From positions 1 through 55,206 of the forward strand of contig JBBFKZ010000011.1 in assembly GCA_037481775.1 (NCBI GenBank): a stretch of DNA of 55,206 bases, given 5' to 3'. How positions within the stretch are numbered: the first letter of the stretch is position 1; each line of letters begins with the position of its first letter. Position numbers and translations under genes: made by a program. The notes beneath the pieces are model-generated. The model saw only the letters and a program-made list of their open reading frames with translations, was not told the DNA's origin and did not search any database. This document shows positions 50,724 to 55,206 of the stretch, one piece after another. The DNA is from Candidatus Bathyarchaeia archaeon (GTDB lineage: Archaea > Thermoproteota > Bathyarchaeia > Bathyarchaeales > Bathycorpusculaceae).

Positions 50724-51605
50724 AACTACACAAGTTACGTTTAAATTCTCGGCTTTCTAGTCTAAGTTACCGGTATTAGTTTTGTAGCTCAGTTTAGGTT
50801 CAAATATGGGTCTAAAACGTCGGGTTTTTTTAAAAATGGAAGATTATAAAAAGGTTATGGTTTCAGCAGCGATTAGAGATTTGTTTGACTGAAAGCGAAG
50901 TATGCTATCGGAGTTACTCGAACAGCTTGTAGGTTATGGATAGGCTAACGCCAGCTAAGATTGGAAGGATAACAGTGGACAGAATTGCATCTACTCTTAA
51001 AAATGCGGCGGCGGCAATCGCAGCACCCCAGATAAGAGCATTTCCTAATGCGACTTCATACTTGTTTTTCTGTAATAAAGCCAACTTGTTATATGTTGTT
51101 GTTCTGAGTAAGAGGCTGTAAGCATCTTTCCCTATTGGGGTGAGGCTGTATTTTCCGTTCTCTTGTTTTATAAAAGGGGCCAGACTTCGGAGATGATAGG
51201 AAAGAGTTGGGCTATCAGGTATTTTGCTTGCACTCAGAATCTCAGTGAAAGTAGTTGCCTTCTTTTCACCAACGTATCTGAGGATATCTCTTCTCTTCTG
51301 ATGGTCCAGTGCTTTAAAGACCTCTTGCTCAAGACTCTCAAATTCTTGATCTTCTTTTTCTCCCATGTACTCCACCTAAAATCAGTATAAATCAGAGTCG
51401 ATTATAAACACCTACGTGAAATGAATTTTAGTAAAAGAGATTTTACTTCGGCCAAAAGTACACGTTTTTATCTTGTGCGAGACGCATCGGTAATAATCGC
51501 ATAGAAAGGCTAGGACCATAATTAGGAGGAAAGATTCCGAGAATTTAAACCGAGATTTAAACCTAATTACCTGCACCTACACTGAACCCGCCAAAGCTGA
51601 GCTTT
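50698..51605. mobile_element. Putative non-autonomous mini-cassette 2 at the tRNA-Leu 3' end
   Basis: Perfect 14-bp inverted repeat GTTTAAATTCTCGG (50739-50752) / CCGAGAATTTAAAC (51537-51550) around one gene; both arms are homologous to those flanking the flavodoxin gene. Confidence 0.65.
50914..51366 (-). CDS. ArsR-like winged-helix protein with two C-terminal TM helices
   Basis: VFKALDHQKRRDIL, SPTLSYHL..L, Y.LT..GK.A; hydrophobic hairpin; start ATG 51366 or GTG 51375. Confidence 0.85.
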   Translation of the reverse strand: MGEKEDQEFESLEQEVFKALDHQKRRDILRYVGEKKATTFTEILSASKIPDSPTLSYHLRSLAPFIKQENGKYSLTPIGKDAYSLLLRTTTYNKLALLQKNKYEVALGNALIWGAAIAAAAFLRVDAILSTVILPILAGVSLSITYKLFE

Positions 51606-51738
51606 ACAATTTTGTCCGTTTGTGTCCGATTAGAACGATATGTTTCTATACTATAGGAAATATGGAAGACTTTTACATATGGATTTATATATTTGAATAA
51701 ATTTAATTTTTGGAATCAAATGGAAAGGTGAGAAGGCA

Positions 51739-52557
51739 ATGTCGATGAGGTGCCCTATAATAGCTTTCTGTTTATTGTGCCTTTCAGCTTTAATAATTAT
51801 GCCAGTTATGGGCTACCCGTTAACGCTGGTTGCATACTGGAGCTGCGACGAAACAGGCGGAAACGTCTTGCCTGATTTAACTGGCGGTAACGACGGAACC
51901 ATCTATGGAGCAGCACTTGCTACTGGAAAAATCAGCAATGCGCTCGCTTTTAACGGCGACGATGTCGTTAATGTTGCTGACGCAACAGAACTCAAACCTG
52001 CCCATTTCACAATAGAAGCTTGGATATTTATAAACGAGACTAGCGGCTTAGCTGATATAGTTGCAAAGCATCAATACGGTCCAGATGCGGGCTATGAATT
52101 GCGTCTTTATAATGGGCTCTTGCAGTTTGTAATGGCCGGTTCATCTGGTTGGCAGGTGCTTTCTGCGTCATCATTGTCTCTTAATACTTGGCATCATGTT
52201 GTAGCCACCTATGATGGGAGCCAGATGGTTATTTATGTGAATGGCATTAAACAAGCTTTTATGGCTGCTTCTAGTGTATCTCACTCGGATAGTAAATTGC
52301 AAATTGGTGGTCATGATTCTTGGACTGGTTTCGAGCGGTGCTTTCATGGTTACATTGATGAGGTTGCAATATACAGCGAAGCGCTACCCGCAGATGTCAT
52401 ACTGAGCCATTACTTGCTTGGCGGGGAAGGACACGACTATTTCTTTGCGGTGCCCGAGTATCCCATAGGAAGCTTGGCAGCTATAATTGTTTTCTTCTCT
52501 GCGTTCATGTTGCACTTGCGGCGTACAAAACGCACGAGTTTGCACTTAGTTAACTGA
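51739..52557 (+). CDS. LamG/concanavalin-like surface protein with a PEF-CTERM-like tail
   Basis: FTIEAWI, WHHVVATYDG....YVNG, LQIGG, F.G.IDEVAIY..AL; VPEYP + TM + basic residues. Confidence 0.9.
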   Translation: MSMRCPIIAFCLLCLSALIIMPVMGYPLTLVAYWSCDETGGNVLPDLTGGNDGTIYGAALATGKISNALAFNGDDVVNVADATELKPAHFTIEAWIFINETSGLADIVAKHQYGPDAGYELRLYNGLLQFVMAGSSGWQVLSASSLSLNTWHHVVATYDGSQMVIYVNGIKQAFMAASSVSHSDSKLQIGGHDSWTGFERCFHGYIDEVAIYSEALPADVILSHYLLGGEGHDYFFAVPEYPIGSLAAIIVFFSAFMLHLRRTKRTSLHLVN

Positions 52558-52639
52558 AGAGGAAGCTGAAAGAACAATAACCCCTTTTTTCCGCTGGTTT
52601 TTTATTCTCACGCTGCGCATTTATTATTGTGAGTTTGAA

Positions 52640-52813
52640 ATGCCGAGTGTTTGTTTAGTCAAGCCCTGCAAGGTGTGTGGTAAAAGCACTGAAGGCGCCA
52701 ACTTTACGTGCCCAAAATGCGGGACATCCGTGTGCTTCTACTGTATGGCAGAAATCATGCGCACGGAACGCAGTAATCCCAAGTGCCCTGTTTGCGGTGA
52801 ACCGATCACGTGA
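52640..52813 (+). CDS. 57-aa RING-like (C4C4) zinc-finger protein
   Basis: MPSVCLVKPCKVCGKSTEGANFTCPKCGTSVCFYCMAEIMRTERSNPKCPVCGEPIT*; below the ORF-track length cutoff. Confidence 0.75.
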   Translation: MPSVCLVKPCKVCGKSTEGANFTCPKCGTSVCFYCMAEIMRTERSNPKCPVCGEPIT

Positions 52814-53029
52814 AGCTTCTAAAAGCCTGGGTTCTTTTGTTGTCAGAATATGCGCTTAGCTGCTGAGCAGTAGCTTTGAGAAGCAACTCTTTTATTGAAT
52901 TCCTAAATTATTTAACAAGCACCTGCATTTGGTTCGCCACTTTCAACTTTGGCTCTCCAGTAAACTTGTCATGTTGCCCAAGAAAGGAGGGTTTAAAAGA
53001 TTAAAAGAAAAGCGATTATCGGCTTTGCT

Positions 53030-54262
53030 TTGGTAGCGTTGGTTTTAATTTTGCTCATTTCAGCGGCCATAATCTTGGACAGCGCCTTTAACAAATGGCA
53101 ATCGAACGCAAATGCTTGGCCCATGTTCCACTATGATTCAGCGCGTACAGGCTTTTCTGCTTCCGACGCGCCGAATACCAATCAGACCCTGTGGCGTTTC
53201 CACACTGGCGGCCCAGTGGATTCGCCAGTTGTCTCCGATGGCGTAGTTTACTTCGGCTCGTTAGACGATAAAGTTTACGCTTTGAACGCGATGACAGGCG
53301 CTCTCATCTGGACGTACACTACTGGAGCCAACGTGCTGTCTCCTGTCGCCGTCGCTGAGGGCATGGTCTTCGTTGGCTCGGAGGACTTCCATGTTTACGC
53401 GTTGAATGCTACAACCGGCGCCTACATTTGGAGTTACAAGACGGGGTACTTCGTGGATTCCGCCATCGCCTACGCATCTGGCGTCGTCTACGCTGCTTCG
53501 GAAGACTGGAATGTCTACGCCTTTAACGCCTCAACCGGAGACGTACTGTGGATTTACACCACAAACGGTCAAATCATGCTGTCTTCGCCCATCATCGCCA
53601 ACGGCATGGTTTATGTCGGCTCTGAAGACCATTACGTTTATGCTTTGGATGCTTTTACTGGCGCTCTTGTATGGCGCTATTTAACGGGCGGGCAGATTCA
53701 CTTTTCCTCGCCTGCTGTTGCCGGCGGCGCCGTCTATGTGGGCTCAAACGACCGCCACGTCTACGCTTTGGATGCCCGCACAGGCGCTTTATTGTGGAGA
53801 TACCAGACTGGAGACGCAGTAATTTCTTCTCCTGCTGTTTCGGGTGGTAGGGTTTTTGTGGGTTCTTGTGATGGTAAGGTTTATGCGTTGGATGCTGAGT
53901 CTGGCCGGGTTGCTTGGAGTTTCCAGACGGCTGGTCAGGTTACTTCGTCGCCTGCTGTTGCCGGCGGCATAGTTTTTGTGGGCTCTTATGATGGGAAACT
54001 TTATGCGTTGGATGCTGCTTCAGGCAAGCTTGTCTGGTCTTTTGCTGCTGGAGGCGCAGTGGTCTCTTCGCCTGCTGTTGCCGGCGGGAAAGTTTTCTTC
54101 GGTTCTCATGATGGCCAAGTTTACGCCTTGAACGCTTCTGATGGTAGCGTCGTGTGGTGTTACTTGACGGGTGCCATGGTGGTTTCTTCTCCTGCTGTTG
54201 CCGGCGGCATAGTTTTTGTGGGTTCTTATGATCATGTGGTTTACGCGTTTGGTTCTCCTTAG
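53030..54262 (+). CDS. PQQ-like / BamB-like beta-propeller repeat protein
   Basis: WPMFHYD..RTG, then about nine 40-aa SSP.V..G.V..GS.D..VYAL.A..G...W repeats. Confidence 0.92.
   Translation: MVALVLILLISAAIILDSAFNKWQSNANAWPMFHYDSARTGFSASDAPNTNQTLWRFHTGGPVDSPVVSDGVVYFGSLDDKVYALNAMTGALIWTYTTGANVLSPVAVAEGMVFVGSEDFHVYALNATTGAYIWSYKTGYFVDSAIAYASGVVYAASEDWNVYAFNASTGDVLWIYTTNGQIMLSSPIIANGMVYVGSEDHYVYALDAFTGALVWRYLTGGQIHFSSPAVAGGAVYVGSNDRHVYALDARTGALLWRYQTGDAVISSPAVSGGRVFVGSCDGKVYALDAESGRVAWSFQTAGQVTSSPAVAGGIVFVGSYDGKLYALDAASGKLVWSFAAGGAVVSSPAVAGGKVFFGSHDGQVYALNASDGSVVWCYLTGAMVVSSPAVAGGIVFVGSYDHVVYAFGSP
53708..54250 (+). repeat. 120-bp tandem coding repeats
   Basis: CCTGCTGTTGCCGGCGG, or a close variant, recurs at about 53711, 53831, 53951, 54071 and 54191. 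Confidence 0.8.
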
Positions 54263-54357
54263 CGCCGTGGGCGTAGCGTCTTTTGTTTGGTTGTATGGCT
54301 TTTTGGTGAGATATGTTTTTAAGTTGTGGCGCGGGGATATTTGGTCGGTGACGCTTT

Positions 54358-54975
54358 GTGCTTTTTAAGCAGGTTCAGCAGCACGGAGACAATTTTTCGT
54401 ATATAATAGCGGATGAAGCAGCGGGCGAGGCGGCTGTGGTTGATCCGAGTTATAACGCTGGCGAGTTAATCCGCTTCTTGAGGAAGGCGAATTTGGCGCT
54501 GAAATATATCTTTAACACGCATGGGCATTCTGATCATACCGCGGGGAATGCGGAGTTGTGTTCGGTGTTTACAGGCGCGAAAATTGTTGCGCATAAGCTT
54601 TCACGTGTATCTGCGGATCTGCTGGTTGATGATGGCGATGACCTGTGTGTGGGCAAGATTCCCGTGAAGGTTATCCATACGCCTGGGCATACCCCTGATA
54701 GCATTTGCCTGTTGGTTGATGGAAAGAAGCTGTTGACGGGTGACACCTTGTTTGTAGGCGAGTGCGGCAGGACTGATTTGCCTGGCGGCAACGCCAGAAG
54801 CATGTACATGAGCCTTTTTGGTAAGCTGCTGCGGCTCGGGGATGATGTTGAGGTTTATCCTGGCCATGATTATGGTGTTCGGTCGTTCTCGACGATTGGC
54901 GAGGAACGGCGGTCGAATTATACGTTGCAGCCGCGTAGTCTTGAGGAGTTTGTGGAGTTTATGCGGACACCTTAA
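54358..54975 (+). CDS. Metallo-beta-lactamase fold hydrolase (glyoxalase II-like)
   Basis: THGHSDH, HTPGHT, TGDTLF, GRTDLPGG, YPGHDY. Confidence 0.93.
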   Translation: MLFKQVQQHGDNFSYIIADEAAGEAAVVDPSYNAGELIRFLRKANLALKYIFNTHGHSDHTAGNAELCSVFTGAKIVAHKLSRVSADLLVDDGDDLCVGKIPVKVIHTPGHTPDSICLLVDGKKLLTGDTLFVGECGRTDLPGGNARSMYMSLFGKLLRLGDDVEVYPGHDYGVRSFSTIGEERRSNYTLQPRSLEEFVEFMRTP

Positions 54976-55067
54976 GGTTGTTAGGTTGTTTGCTTGTTGG
55001 GTTTGGATGTTTTTGGGAAAACCTTTAAGCCTTATTGGGTGTATTCATAGTAGTGTTGGTGGGTTTG

Positions 55068-55206
55068 TTGGTTGGTTCGTCCGATGCCAAGGTGAAGCGT
55101 AAAACTTTTGTGGCGCGTGAGGATTTGCTTGATCGCCTTAGCAAGGTTGCTGACGAGCGCGGTTACAGCCTCTACGCTTTGGTGAATGACCTTTTGGACT
55201 TGGCGT
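55068..55206 (+). CDS. Partial ORF with a ribbon-helix-helix-like N-terminus; runs off the window end
   Basis: ...KVKRKTFVAREDLLDRLSKVADERGYSLYALVNDLLDLA; start uncertain. Confidence 0.6.
   Translation, partial: MVGSSDAKVKRKTFVAREDLLDRLSKVADERGYSLYALVNDLLDLA

Noticed and set aside
52677-52859. 60-aa ORF from the track
   Set aside because: It overlaps the more convincing Cys-patterned frame at 52640-52813
53708-54250. Regularly spaced repeats as a possible CRISPR array
   Set aside because: The 120-bp period is in-frame within a beta-propeller gene, the intervening sequences are homologous, and no cas genes are present

Overview
Archaeal chromosomal segment. The gene content (two TFBs, a TFE-beta-like gene, Gar1, KEOPS, L40e, S15, fused GuaA, an archaeosortase and many NosD/LamG/PQQ surface proteins) suggests a TACK archaeon, probably Bathyarchaeia; this is inference. 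Housekeeping blocks are mixed with five notable regions. (1) A thiolase-fold gene that has lost its catalytic Cys and His, coupled to a DUF35/HMG-CoA-synthase-like fusion that the ORF track missed. (2) A 1.55-kb islet at tRNA-Gln with an attR-like repeat and a probable integrase remnant. (3) Two homologous cassettes of about 0.9 kb (6396-7356 and 50698-51605) that share tRNA-Leu-like cores and inverted/tandem CCGAGAATTTAAAC motifs but carry different single cargo genes; this is the best candidate for an undescribed system. (4) An archaeosortase locus with twin GT-C glycosyltransferases and PE(x)F-tailed substrates. (5) A bacterial-type cysK-cysE / metY-metX-metW cluster with a repeated palindromic operator. 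Also present are a ClpG/ClpK-like disaggregase, a Cren7-like/coiled-coil fusion and a 57-aa RING-like protein. No CRISPR array or rRNA was seen. All family calls come from motif recognition, not from database searches.
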